Assembly: GCF_018350175.1 (NCBI RefSeq)
Contig: NC_058368.1
Location: 145,144,001 to 145,208,000, forward strand
Reading direction: 5' to 3'
Source of the DNA: Felis catus
Lineage: Eukaryota
DNA length: 64,000 nucleotides
Position numbers and translations under genes: made by a program
The notes under the pieces: model-generated
Seen by the model: only the letters and a program-made list of their open reading frames with translations
Databases searched by the model: none
Told to the model about the DNA's origin: nothing
In this document: positions 21,591 through 34,892 of the stretch, one piece after another
Layout of the letters: every line of letters starts with the position of its first letter
How positions within the stretch are numbered: position 1 is the first letter of the stretch

Positions 21591-24436
21591 ACTCTGCTCT
21601 TCAGTGTCCATTTAAAGACAGCCAATAAACACAATCAGATCTCAAAGCAAGATTTTTAGGTTGTGGCTATACACAGCAGATGACCCTCCCTACATAAGGC
21701 ATTAAGACATCTTTATAGTGGACTTTACTTTCTACCCACTGAGCCAACAGATTTGTTAATAGGATGAAAATGTATGACCACATGTGATCTTATAGCACAA
21801 GACCACAAATAGCTATGGTTTAATTTACTATTTCCTAAAGAGAAAAGAAAACAAGAGAAGCTGTTTCCTGTCTACTGCTGCAATGTATTCATTTGATTGG
21901 TTTTCACCCACATTTATTACATGGAAAAGTCCTTTGAGTAATGGCATATTTTCTGATATTTAAGAAATAAATAAATTGTAAATCTGCACAGTAGGGTGTG
22001 GAATTCAGAATAATATGGTTGGTCTTAATATCCAGAAAGAGTAAAATGCGAAAAGGTCTTAGTTCAGAACTTGCCAAGTTAATGTCAGAGTTAACTTTAC
22101 AAGAACGTTATTATCCAACAAATACACTAAGTGAAAACATGACTATCCCTATACGTGGTAACCTTAAAGCTTCAGTAGTAATCAAATCAATTGTCATTAA
22201 AACATCTCAGCAGCTATCTGAATCATCTCTATTTTATTTTCTTGGTAATGTTTACACATGTAAATAAAATGCTTCTTTGCCCTTGTTCAAATTATTTTGA
22301 GTACAAAGAGTGTTCTTTGCATCAGCAACTGTATCTCGTGGGGCCAATATTGTAATTAATGAGATTTGAAACACATATTCACAGCCAAATTTGAGATCCC
22401 AGACACAGAATTGAAGATCCATTGTCTGTTTGTTTTCATTTTTAAGAAAGGAGAAGACAGGAGATTTAAGTCTTCCTGTAAATAACCACAATATATTTTT
22501 TAGAAGTTAATCGTTTTTTTTTTTAACCTCACACATAAGGCCGATTAATCTGGGGGGGCTGGAAGAGAGAAAGAGAGTGCTGACTAGCTGAGCCACCAGA
22601 ATGAAACACATGTATTTGAGGGTTTTTTTTTCTTTATTCTTTCAGATATAGAACACCACAATTACTCAATCATTAGGTCTTTCTCCCCTGCCCTGGTTTT
22701 GTTTGTGTACAAATGCACAATTTTCTCTTTTTGGAAATTGCATCTTATTCTTGGAAGTCTTTATCATTTTAAAATAGGCAGTTTGTATACCACCCTGCTC
22801 TAGATTAACTACGCATTTCTTTGATCCTCATTTTTTCTATAAAACATTAAGGTTAATAATGTCCATATTCTTATAGTGCATGGAACTTTAGAAAAGATTT
22901 CCCTTTGCTATATAGAACAAAGAGGCTACCTCTTTAAGTTTAAATAGAAACTAATGGTGAATTTAATTATTTGCATCACAGAGTATACTTAGCATGTTAA
23001 CTTGAAAAAAAACATTTAGAGTAGAAAATGTTTAGAAAAATTAAAATAAACATTGAAATGTATTAAAATTAATTTTCTTGTTCTGGGGTAATTTTTTTCA
23101 AAGGCCGAAAATTTTCTATTATTAATTTGTTTCATAAACTAGTTTATGAAAAATATCTTACATTCATATCACTTTTCATTTCAAATCATTTAACAGATAT
23201 CTGTTCATGAATAGTCATTATACCTGTTAATTAGAGTTTCTTAACCAGCTTTTTTAACTGGGTAAACTGAGTCCTAGAAAGATTTATTAGCATGATCTGA
23301 TCCATAAAGAGAACACAACTCGTTCCAGGATGAGAACTCTGTGTTCCTGGCTGACAGTACTGTTCTCAGACCACGGAGCCGCACCTCTTTCTCTCAGAAG
23401 TGACTATTCCACAGAGGAATGTGAGCAAGCTCTGAGATGTTTGTCACTCAAACTACTGTATGAAACTTCACTCCCAGGCAGAACAGACTAGCATGCTTAG
23501 ATTCACAAACTGCTTACATGCCATGTACCAAAGTAATTGAGTGAATAGAGTCATTACAACTGTAATACAATGCAACGTGGTCTCTTATACCAGAATAATA
23601 AATGAAATGGGGCCTCAAATTAACATTATTTGACACACTGTTATTGGTTTAACATCAGTTAATCTGAGGCAATGACTGTTTTCTTAACCTATTGCCCTAG
23701 ATTTTTAAAATCCCAATTTAGCTATACATAAACATTTACCAATGGGTTAGGAGAGACTGTACAGATCTACTGGTTCTAAACCGTTCCATCTCTAGAGTGC
23801 CTAGTCTTTTTTAGCACCATCAAGATTTCAAATTTAATAACTTAGAAAAAAATAATCCTGATATAAAAAATTGCACATAAGCTGAAGATGATGAAAAATG
23901 AAAAAAGTGGGGCTACCACGTATTTGCAATTTCACACACTTTAGCACATTTTGCAAAACAAATCCTGAGTGTTGCAGTGTTCACTGGCTGGCTTTTTGTC
24001 ATTAAATGTTGAAAGTTATGTAATAGAAAGTGTGCCAAAGAGTGTTCTTTATTCAAAAGTATTACTATTTTTTCAGTGCATTCCTAAATCTTCACAATGG
24101 TTTTTCACCTACTAAGGTTATGCCAATATGATGTCTTTGCACTCTTGGATTTGACAAAGGCCCCAGTCTCATTAAGGAGTCTGTGAACATTCCAGGCAGT
24201 GTCATTTCCTCCTGTTAGAAATGGAAACATAGGGGGAAAAATAACTACTCATTTGTTTTTCATTATTTTCCAACATTATTGGGTCCTCTCAATGAAGTAT
24301 GTCAAAAAAAGAAGGTGATAAATTATTCCACTATTATATTTTATTTATCTTGAAATAGTTTGACTATAAGGGGTTAAGATACATATTTTAACCTCTTTAG
24401 CTGTATTAAAAATATGTTTAAGACAAGGACTGAATT

Positions 24437-24637
24437 GGGGTACCTGGTCACGTAAGTGTCTGTTGATTTCAGCTCGGGTAAAGGTCTCACGGTTTGTGAG
24501 ATTGAGCCCTGTGTTGGGCTGTGTTGGCAGCGAGGAGCCTGCTTAGGATTCTCTCTCTCCCTCTCTCTGCTCCTCCCCCACTTGCACACACTCAGGCTCT
24601 TTCTCTCTCTCAAAAATAAACAAACATTTAAAAAAAA
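24437..24637 (+). mobile_element. Can-SINE (older)
   Basis: GGGGTACCTGG head, TTGATTTCAGCTCGG, CT tract, tail; imperfect TSD AAGG(A/CA)CTGAAT. Confidence 0.88.
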
Positions 24638-25941
24638 GGCACTGAATATAGCCATTGCCAATAATAAGCAGGGTCATGTATACTTGTCAAAGATACAGAA
24701 GGTACTTACATTTTATTTATTTTGGTGTTCTCAAAAAGTCTTTGAAACCAGTTGGGCTCCTTCTATATATTCCAGTATCTGGAGATTTGTAAGTATTCTG
24801 TGGTGGCAATTGCTACCTGTTAGCATCATCATCATTAGATTATACATGTATAAACCAGATTCCTCGTCAGACACATAATTCTATAATCTTGTTATCATCA
24901 GCTTTTCAAACTCTCCAGGTGTTTTTCCTTGGACCTAAATTCTTGAAGCAGAGGATAGACAGATTCCCTGCCACATGGTGCTGAGCTATTGACTACTGCA
25001 TGGCAAATCTCCATTAGCCTCACTCAGCTTCTAAGATCCAAGTTGTCTGTGGTATTGGGGGCCAGTGTTAAGAAAGTTAAGAAAGAATACATTTTTGTGA
25101 TATGGTCTGCTACTACTCTGTGCTTACCTTCTACCCTGTCTTCCCTGTAACACTCATGGGAGTTTTGCTTCTTTGAGGATAACCTTGATCACTGTCTATA
25201 GTCCTATGAACACTACTTAGGGCTAAAGTTGTTGCTTTGCTAAGTTCGTTGCTCTGAGTTAAGGAGAATTGTGGCCAAGGACGCTGACCCATGGAATATT
25301 GTTCTTTGGCACAGTGTTTGAGGCTGAGGTGCCCAGAAATTAGAGGCTTTAGCAATACTGTATACGTTTACTCTGGCTTTTCTGTCTGGTTCTTCTAGGA
25401 AGGAAGTAGACAAACAGCTCATTCTGTTAATGAAAGTAGGTAGTCTGCAGAGAAGGGTGGCCAAGGAAGAATCCGGTTCTGGACACCTTCACCCACCCCT
25501 CTGGAAGAGTTATCCCCATATCCCAACTTTCTTGCACTGCTTCCATTGTTCTTGCCTTGGCTCTTGTGTCTTTTTAGGAGGTACCAGCTCTGTTGTCTAG
25601 TTTGGTTGTTTTCTTCATTTTAAAGGAGCATTTGTCATTTGTGGCACAAGGAGGCATATGTCACATACATGTCTCAGGAACCTTCTAAAGACCTTCACTA
25701 AAGGGCTGTGAGAGGAGGCGGAGGAGAGGGGGAAGAGATGGGCAACAGAACTACATCTCTGCAGCTTCTAGCCTGTGTCGGTTGCTCCAAAGGGTTTTAC
25801 CACATAACCTCCCATCTTTCCATTCCTTCTTTTACCTGTTCTGTCTTCCCTCTTCCCATTCTTTTCCCCCCAATCCCTGACAAAAGGACAAAGGTGAGAG
25901 AAATAGGGAAGTTTCATGGAAACATATTAGATTGAAAAAAA

Positions 25942-26153
25942 TTTTTTTTTCAACGTTTATTTATTTTTGGGACAGAGAGAGACAGAGCATGAACGGGGGA
26001 GGGGCCGAGAGAGAGGGAGACACAGAATCGGAAACAGGCTCCAGGCTCTGAGCCATCAGCCCAGAGCCTGACGCGGGGCTCGAACCCACGGACCGTGAGA
26101 TCGTGACCTGGCTGAGGTCGGACGCTTAACCGACTGTGCCACCCAGGCGCCCC
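25942..26153 (-). mobile_element. Can-SINE, young felid subfamily
   Basis: Near-identical to the copies at 2637 and 60460. Confidence 0.96.
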
Positions 26154-28139
26154 GAAAATATTTTTGTAAGTCAAAAATATTTGACTGCTCAACAGTGTTA
26201 CATGGTGCAACTTCAACTATGGAAGAATTTCAGTTCTTGCAAGCCACATCACAGACTTCTTAGATATTAACAACACTAATATTTTTCAAGCTTTATAATA
26301 TGCCGGGCGCCAAGTGCTTTACACAGAGTATCTCGCTCAGTGATCTTTGTAATCCTTAGAGGTAGGTTTTATTATTCACATATTTTGCTGGTTCACACAA
26401 CTAGTGAATGATGGGATTGTAATTCACATCCATGCAGCCTATCTGTTCAGGCCTTCTCAGAATCCAATACAGAGATCCTTCCAACCACTCTTGCCCCTTA
26501 ATATTTACTCTTTCATGTACTCAATTCTAGAAATGCAAGCTTCTTTGTGAATTCAGGTTGGATTAAATACAGGCAAGACCACTCAAGCAGGGTTTATGGG
26601 ATCTTACTTCAGCATGGTAAGCAGCAGTGAATTCTGTTCTTACACCTAAACATCCTGATTAGGCAAAATCAGAAACACCAAGCCACACCCTGCTTTATTT
26701 CAGCATTGGACTTTATCTAGTACATCATTTCCTCCCATTTTGACTATTGTAAAGTAAACACCTTGGCTTATTGTAGGATATTAAAAGAAGAAGTGATTTG
26801 GTATGAATCTATTTCTCTTTTGATATTTAAAAGAGATACATATTCTCTGTATTCCTACTAGATTGCTCAATTCATGTCTTCTTTCCAATCTTCACCTTGT
26901 TCATTTCTCTTTCAGTTAATCACATTTCCCAGATCTAGGTGGCTCTGAGATCTGTAGTGGATAAAACCCGAAAACCAAGATCTTTGTTTTAATTCACATT
27001 CTGCTTAGGTTAAGGGAGACCTGGATCACTGGGTCACATCACCATCCAGTCACTGGATCCCTATAAATATGTGCCCTACCTTTGGAAATGATCACAAACT
27101 GTTTCCCTGCATCTAAATAAGTAGATTGTGATTCCTTTGAGGGTTGTTTTTTGTTGTTGTTTTGGGATTCCCCCCCCCCCCCCCCCCAGTGTGGGTTGTT
27201 TCCTGGTAGATTATTGTATTTCATGTTACCTTTCCTTCGCTTCTTTGTTTTGTTTTGTTTTGTTTTTTTGGCTTCACTTCCTCCTTCTATTGTTATAGAT
27301 GTCTTTTTCCTCTCATCACTTTTCCTGTTGCCTTTCCAATTGGGTGGGGCCCCCATCCAATTCACTCACTGTCTGGCTCTAGAGTATCTTTAGTCCCAGG
27401 GGAAAACAATCTTGTGCCAAATAGTTAGAATCCCTGGGGCATCAGAAGAAAGATCCCAGAGACTATGTATCCCTAAAATTTTCCTTTATTGATTTTATGT
27501 TAGAATGAAATCCAAGGAGCCTAATTAGGGGGAAAAAAATTCATCCTTTTGGCCTCCTAATCCCAGACCATTCTGAACTCTGACAGCTCCAACATCCATC
27601 AAATCAAACAATGAAATCAACTTTGGTTACTTAGCATAATAGAAATAAACTTGTAATATTCTATTAGTGAAGGATCAATGTCTCCTGTCTTGAAAATAAA
27701 CATCAGAGCTTGGCCTCAACATTTATGTAGCAGCAGGAGACCATTATTTTGTGGCAACATTCGATTACATTGACATCAAGACAGATTTATTAAATTAATA
27801 AATAGTACATGATTTTCAGCCTTTCATTTCCAACCATCACCACCACCCCACTCCTCAAGGTGATCTTCTGAAATCCTTCATCCTTATTATCTGTGACCTC
27901 TATTTCCTTTTTGTTGTTTGTCATTTTATACTCAAATTAATATTTTTAGTATCTATTTTTTTGGATGGAAATTTTTAATTGGTTATTAAGAAGAAAGCTA
28001 ATAATGAGAATCATCAAATTATTAATTGTTAAAATATTTTAGTGGTGTAATATTTGAAAAGGAAGTATTTCAGATATGCTTTTCAGAGTTCTGAATGTGG
28101 CTAATAACAAAAAGCCACAACTTCTGCTGTCTCTTCCTC

Positions 28140-28550
28140 TAACTTTCAACCTCAGGGCCTTTGCCCTGGCTGTTTCCTCTGCCTGGAACGTTCTTCCTTC
28201 TGTTCTTTGCATGGCTGGTTTTTTTTTCTCATACTTAAGAAGTCTGCTGGAATGTCATTTCCACAGAAAGGTTTTCTCTAAGAGTCCTTTTTAAAGTGCT
28301 TATTCCCCCATCCTCAGTCACTGTTCCTCCTGCTGCTCTGTTTTATTTTCTTTTTAATCACATGTCATATTTGAAAATGTCCATGATTTGAATTACTCTG
28401 TTGGCTTGGATAGTCCATGTGGGCAGTGGTCTTATCCTTCTTCTCATACTAGATCTCTATGTCTTAAGACCTGGAACAGTACCAGATACCCAGCAGCACT
28501 CACTAAACAAATGTTCATGGACTGACTGGATGGATGAATGAATGAATGAA

Positions 28551-28589
<39 letters not shown>

Positions 28590-28592
28590 ATT
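28140..28592 (+). mobile_element. L2 3' end with (TGAA)n tail extended into a (TAAA)n microsatellite
   Basis: CCTCAGGGCCTTTGCCCTGGCTGTTTCCTCTGCCTGGAA...GCACTCACTAAA...GAATGAATGAA. Confidence 0.82.
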
Positions 28593-29329
28593 TAATAAAA
28601 CAGTCATACATGAGTAACCTCAGATCCTAGCTCACTTAGATATTTGCAACATGCAATCTTTCCAGCCCTCTGCCCTACCGCTCCAATGCAGGGGATCCTT
28701 ATATTTTTAGAAACAATAGTGATTGGACAGAGAGTACCAGCACACCTTCAGATTTTAGGCTTCTGCTCTTACTCCAATTTATTGTTCCAGCATCTAAATC
28801 AATTTAGCAGAATCTTGGTGAGCAGGACATGAGAGAGAGAAGTATTTTCTCCTCTTTTGTATCTCCACAGATGTAACTTACTTAGAGTTCCAAGTGGCTT
28901 AATGTTGCTGACAATAAGGAAACAAGTAGCACATAGTCAGCAGATTAGTTTTCAGTAATAAGCTTTCATTATGTTACTCTCCTACTCAAAAACCTCAATG
29001 CCTCCTCACTGCCTATAGGATAACTTTCTCTCCCCTCAGATTTTAATCTAATCTGATCCATCAGTACCTACAGCCTTCACTATGTTGTAGTTATTTATGC
29101 ATGTCTGTCTTCCCTACCAGAGTATATATTCCTTGAAAACAGCCTCTTCATTCACAGACACTTATAGAATACCTACATGTTGAGCCTTATATGAGCCTTA
29201 TATGAATATATGAATATATTGTTGAAGAAGATGTTTCCCTGCTTTCAAGCCCTACAATTCCTACCCCAGTTTCTACTTTGCCTTTGGGAAATGATTACTA
29301 ATGTTTCTGGAATTAAATTTTAGTTCCAG

Positions 29330-29545
29330 TAGCTGCAGTCTAAAAACCTGGATTTGGATTCCCTGCTCCCTTATTAGCTGTGTGATCTTAGCCAAGTCGC
29401 TTAACTTCTCAGTGTCTCAGTTTTATCAGTTGCAAACTGAGATGTTACTACTGTATGTTAGGGTTATAATGAGGAATGAATGAGAAAATGCACATACTGG
29501 GTCTAGCAAAGAGCTTGGCATATCATACGTGCTTAGCGAATGTTT
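29330..29545 (+). mobile_element. MIR SINE
   Basis: CTTATTAGCTGTGTGATCTTAGCCAAGTCGCTTAACTTCTCAGTGTCTCAGTTT. Confidence 0.82.
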
Positions 29546-30469
29546 TCTTCCTCAGAGTTGGGGCATGCCCTATGTGGTCTGTTACTTTTCAAATATACCT
29601 GGCACATCTGTCAACACTGTATTACTTCATATCATATCATGAGTACTATGAGTTCCTCTTGCCTTGCATGACTTTCCCTAGTCCTGTCCAATTCTTAACT
29701 CCTTTGAAAGACATTCTCTGCTTTTATAATTATATCACACATAATAAGTGGCCTTTTACTAGAACTTAACAGTTCCGGGGTCTCATCTCTGAAATGAGTA
29801 TAACTGTAAGGATAATAATTGTGATTCTTTAGCAGAGCCCAAGATGGTCCTATATTGATAGCATGCATCTGCTATCTCTTATCTGAATTTAGTAACTAGA
29901 AAACGTGATGCCAAATTCAACAGCTTCTGTCTTGGTTGCAGTTGGTCACTGTGATGACGTCATTCCAAGTATCTTGGATTCAAGGGTGAAAACAAGAATT
30001 TTGATGTCATTTAGTCAAATCTGCAAAGAAGGATGTTCCACAGTGTTCCTTAATCCCAGTGAAGAAACTCTTATCTTTAACTGTTAATACAATGTTAAGT
30101 ACTTTTCCTCATTGAATCGGCAATGCAATGGGAAAAAAATTAAGTCATCCTCCTCCTCATAATAAGCCTGCATATACTTCAAGACCGTCATCAAGTAATC
30201 CTCTTCTCCCAAATGAACAATCAAAATATTTATTTGCATAGCTAATATCACAGACGGTCTAGGCAAATAGACAAAGTCTCTCTCCTGTGAATACTATTAG
30301 CTTGTAGTTCATGGTTTAGGCAACTGCTCTAGAGTGAAATAAAATCTTCAGAGACTTCTACTGGTCAATCAACACTTAAAATGTTTTTCTAAGCTACTCC
30401 TGGTAATTGGAATCTTTTAAGCATTTGTTAAAGGTAGAATGGTAATACTTAAAACAATAGCAGTATAGT

Positions 30470-31320
30470 CATCCACTCAACAAGCATTGATTGAATACCT
30501 ACCGTATGTAGTATAGAGCAACATAGTATTTTGCTAAGCAATAGGTGGGGGTGATGGAAGAATCTGTTAGAAGCAGTAGCCACCGTAAAGAACTTAAAGA
30601 CACAAAGCTTTGCTAAATACTTACCATGAGCCAGGCACTGCGCTAAGTGCTGAGGATGCACATATAAAGTTTCTTTGAGGAGCTCATAATCTAGAAAGGA
30701 GTATACCAGCCTTATATTTCAATATGGCATTTTAAGTGTTATGAAGGATGTTAGTGGCACTGGGTATTCTGGGTCATGGAGGACTACTTCTACCTGGAGT
30801 TTGCTTGACAGGTGAGAGGAGCCTGGACTAAGGAATAAAGCTTAGCTAAATTAAAATAATAATAATAATAATAATAACAACCTAAAAAATAACACAGGGA
30901 AGGGCATTTCAACAATGGGAGCTACGTATACTAAGGCAGAAGAGAGATCATGCACATTCCAGAAGCTACAAGGAATTTGCCTGTAGTGGGAAGACTGGAG
31001 ACCGTTGTGGAGATAAAGCTGGCGAGTCAGCAAAGACTGATTCATGAAGAGTTTTGTATGAGCACTATGAAAAAGACTGGGCTTTAAATCCTTGAGTAGC
31101 CTTGGGAAGCCACTAGAGGATTTTAGGCAGAGGAATTACCTGATCAGATTTGTAATTTAGAAAAATCACTCTGACCTTTGTGTGAAGGAGAGATGGGAGA
31201 GTCAATGGAGGCAGGGAAGTGGAGGGGTTATTACAAGGACCCAGGTGGTAACTGATGCAGGAAGGACCCAAGCTAGGGCAGTAAGCGATGGAGAAGAGAG
31301 AATCACATATGACATAGAGA
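30470..31320 (-). mobile_element. L2 LINE fragments
   Basis: CACTCAACAAGCATTGATTGAATACCTAC; GGGAAGCCACTAGAGGATTTTAGGCAG...TGATCAGATTTG...AAAAATCACTCTG. Confidence 0.75.
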
Positions 31321-31577
31321 TGGAGAAAAAGGAGAACTGGGACTACTGTGTATACATTTCATAAGATCGGGCAAAGATTATCTATTTGACCATCTTCACA
31401 TATCTTTCACATAGACAAGGACAGTTTACTCCATATACTGCATGTACAAGTCCTTTAACAAGTCCTAAATTACTTAAGGTGATAAAACCAACTTTATTTT
31501 TCAGTGAGAGTACATCTTTTCAATAACAATGGAAGTTGTCGGGGAAATCAGCATTTTTATTTCTTTTCTTCAGGTTT

Positions 31578-31641
31578 TTTTTTTTTTTAAGTTTATTTAT
31601 TTTGAGAGAGAGAGAGAGCATGTGCATGACTCAGGTGCCCC
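31578..31641 (-). mobile_element. Internally deleted Can-SINE (tail plus the extreme 5' end only)
   Basis: T-tail and (GA)n joined directly to CAGGTGCCCC; TSD TCTTCAGGTTT on both sides. Confidence 0.75.
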
Positions 31642-31746
31642 TCTCTTCAGGTTTCTAATGTATAAAGAGCTTCCTAGAATTCCTCCCAACAAACTCCCAA
31701 ACAGACAACAATAAACCAAAAATTAGAACCACAACCAAACCAAAGA

Positions 31747-31749
<3 letters not shown>

Positions 31750-31800
<51 letters not shown>

Positions 31801-31984
31801 TTTTGAGACAGAGACAAAGCATGAGCAGGGGAGGGGCAGAGAGAAGAGAGACACAGAATCTGAAGCAGGATCCAGGCTCTGAGCTGTCAGCACAGGCCTG
31901 ATGTGGGGCTCGAACTCATGGACTGTGAGATCATGACCTGAGCCAAAGTTGGATGCCCAACGAACTGAGCCACCCAGGCGCCCC
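31750..31984 (-). mobile_element. Can-SINE with (ATTT)n tail microsatellite
   Basis: TSD AAAGAAAATTATTT; ends ...GCCACCCAGGCGCCCC. Confidence 0.94.
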
Positions 31985-32020
31985 AAAAGAAAAATTATTT
32001 TTAAAAAAAGATACACAGAA

Positions 32021-32215
32021 GGGCACCTGGTTAGCTCAGTTGGTTAAGTGTCTGACTCTTGATTTTGCTCAAGTCATGATCTCACAGTCCTTAAGATCAA
32101 ACCTTACATCAGGCTCTGTGCTGATGGGTGCCTAGCCTGCTTGGGATTCTCTCTCCTTCTCTCTCTGCCCCTCCCCTGCTGGTGCTCTATCTCTCAAAAT
32201 AAACTAACATCTTTT
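32021..32215 (+). mobile_element. Can-SINE (older)
   Basis: GGGCACCTGGTTAGCTCAGTTGGTTAAG head; imperfect TSD AAAAG(A/T)TACA(C/T)AGA. Confidence 0.9.
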
Positions 32216-32329
32216 TTAAAAGTTACATAGATACATTGATAGATTCAGGATAAGGAACATTTCAAAATTCTGGCTTAGATCATTTAGACCTTGACTGGAA
32301 AAGCTTCCAGATCCTATAGAACTTGCGTG

Positions 32330-32910
32330 CTGTTGAAGGTTAGGTTCTCTGAAAACAGAGTCTAAGATGAGTATGAAATACACCATGTTTACTAGGCAGC
32401 AACTCCATGAAAGGAGAGGGGAAGAAGTAGGATTGTGTATGGGGCGCCTGAGTGGCTCAGTTGGTTAAGCATCCGGCTTCAGCTCAGGTCACGATCTCGC
32501 GGTCCGTGAGTTCGAGCCCCGCTTCGGGCTCTGGGCTGATGGCTCGAAGCCTGGTGCCTGCTTCCGATTCTGTGTCTCCCTCTCTCTCTGCCCCTCCCCC
32601 GTTCATGCTCTGTCTCTCTCTGTCTCAAAAATAAATAAACGTTAAAAAAAAAATTAAAAAAAGAAGTAGGATTGTGTAAAGGAAGAAGCCAGCCCCAGTG
32701 CAGGCCTTACAAAGCCTCAGCCAATATACTACAGATCTCTAGAGAGATCTCCTGTGGCCCTGCCAAAATGGCCTGGTCTCACTCATCTGAGGAGAGCTGC
32801 CTTAGGGAGGACATGATCTCTGGAGAGGTGGTTCTTAGCAGCTGAGGCAACCCCTGAAGATGCTGGCACTCCCCCTTGCTATCAGGTCCTTCTTTGAAAG
32901 GAGACCTCTG
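32330..32910 (-). mobile_element. LTR16-like ERVL LTR interrupted by a SINE
   Basis: TGTTGAAGGTTAGGTTCTCTG..AACAGAGTCTAAGATG...GAAGTAGGATTG...AAAGCCTCAGCCAA resembles the reverse complement of LTR16 as I recall it. Confidence 0.6.
32441..32660 (+). mobile_element. Can-SINE, felid subfamily
   Basis: Full length; TSD AGAAGTAGGATTGTGTA. Confidence 0.96.
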
Positions 32911-34019
32911 TGGATGCCACACCTGCACACCGACGTTTGGACAGAGCTTGAAGACAGACCAGGCCATCTTCCTGGCCTTGGTAGAACTAAGTCTGCATAC
33001 CTACATCACCTCAACTATATCTCTAGATCTCCTACCCTTATAAGTGCTATTTTCAGAATTATAGAAAAATGAGAAAATGAGAAAAGAGTTGAAAGCTGAG
33101 TTTAAAATTATTTATTAATAATAAAATACCAGTGGGAATTAAAAGAAAAAGAAAAAAGATGATGTGAGGATACTGTTATCTTACCTTTCTACATGCACAG
33201 TGGAAAATCACAGATTTAATAAAATATACTAAGCAATTACATCACTTCATGGAATCCAGCACATTAGAAACTGGCGTAGAGCTCTCCTGAACTATGCAAG
33301 TCAACTGTGGTTTCCTTTCTCCATCCAGTCAGTTACAGCCTACCTGAGGGACCTTTATGAAGGCATTTAAATTCTCTTTGCTTGAGTCACTAATAATTGA
33401 ACAGTACTCATAACAGGAATACTATCATGTTGAAATTATGCCACAAGGTACAAGATGGAAGGGGAGATAATTTTAAAAGCCAATAGGATGACTAAAGAAA
33501 AAAATGGCTCATCAGAGTTTAGAATATCAGTCTTTTTCAACATTATGGCAGAGTGAGGGGCAGAAAATAGGATCTTTCATTGTAATTCCTATAATTTAGG
33601 ACTATGCACTGAGTTCATAAATTCCTCATCCCTCAGAATTTATCTCTATGGTTAAAACTTACTGATTTAGATTCCATAAATTTGTCATGTTGCGGTAGTA
33701 ATACAGTTGTAGTGTGTCATTCTGGCTGAGAAAATATTTTATAATGATTTTTTTTTCCCTGAAAAGAAGGAGCCTACTAATATTGTCCAAGCATGTCTTC
33801 AAACTTTGGGTCTGCCTATATTTCCATAATGTCAGCTGTGGTCATGACCCATTACCATGGGCCAATAATACTTACATTTTTAAACCTAATTGACCTATTC
33901 TTAACAAATACCACTTTTTCTTACATTAGGCAAACTATTTAGAAAATAAATAATAAATAGCCTTTACTTAAAAATATATATATTTCTATTGATTTGGATG
34001 GGTTTTTCTGTTCCTCTTC

Positions 34020-34233
34020 TTTTTTTATTTTTCTAAATTTTTTAATGTTTCTTTATTTTTGAGAGAGAGCGTGAGTTTGGGAGGGGCAGAGAGAGAGGGA
34101 GACACAGAATCTGAAGCAAGCTTCAGGCTCCAAGCTGTCAGCAGAGAACCCTATGCAAGGCTCGAACCCACGAACTGAGATCATGAACTGAGCCGAAGTC
34201 GACGCTCAACTGACTGAGCCACCCAGGCACCCC
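34020..34233 (-). mobile_element. Can-SINE
   Basis: T-tail, GA tract, ...CTGAGCCACCCAGGCACCCC. Confidence 0.93.
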
Positions 34234-34675
34234 TTTGTCTTCCTCTTTCATTGTAACCCCTCTATCTACCCCAACTAGTGGGGTTCTGCATTCCTTCCTA
34301 TATACCAGAGAATGTCTGTCCATCCAACCCTAGGTAAAACCAGATTAGAGCAATAATATAGATCTGAGAAGAAGGTGGAAGAAGAGGGAGAAGGGAGCTC
34401 TGAAATGGGTAAATGGCAATATGCAAACTAAATGAATATGCTCCCAAAACATGTGAAGAGTAACCACCCCTCACTAGTTTCTCACAAACACCTTGGTCTT
34501 GGAGTTTATTCCTCACCAACTATATTACTTGCCTATGGAAAATAATGCACTTCAAAGTTGTCATTCCTAAAAGTTGTCATAGCTTAAAAAAAATCCACTA
34601 ATCAAATTAACTGCTTTGATTTTCAGAATGTATGTGTCTAATCAGCAATTACATTAGATGTCTTTAAAAATTCTT

Positions 34676-34892
34676 GGGGCGCCTGGGTGGCTTGGTCGGT
34701 TAGGTGTCCGACTTTGGCTCAGGTCATGATCTCACGGTCCGTGAGTTCGAGCCCCACGTTGGACTCTATGCTGACAGCTCAGAGCCTGGAGCCTGTTTCA
34801 GAATCTGGGTCTCCCTCTCTCCCTGCCCTTCCCCTGTTCATGCTCTGTCTCTCTCTGTCTCAAAAATAAATAAACGTTAAAAAAAATTTTTT
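34676..34892 (+). mobile_element. Can-SINE
   Basis: Full head, CT tract and tail; short TSD TAA..AATTCTT. Confidence 0.95.

Noticed and set aside
23363..23386. REST/NRSE-like sequence TCAGACCACGGAGCCGCACC
   Set aside because: It lacks a base in the left half-site (TCAGCACC) and deviates in the right half (GGACAG), so it is too degenerate to call.
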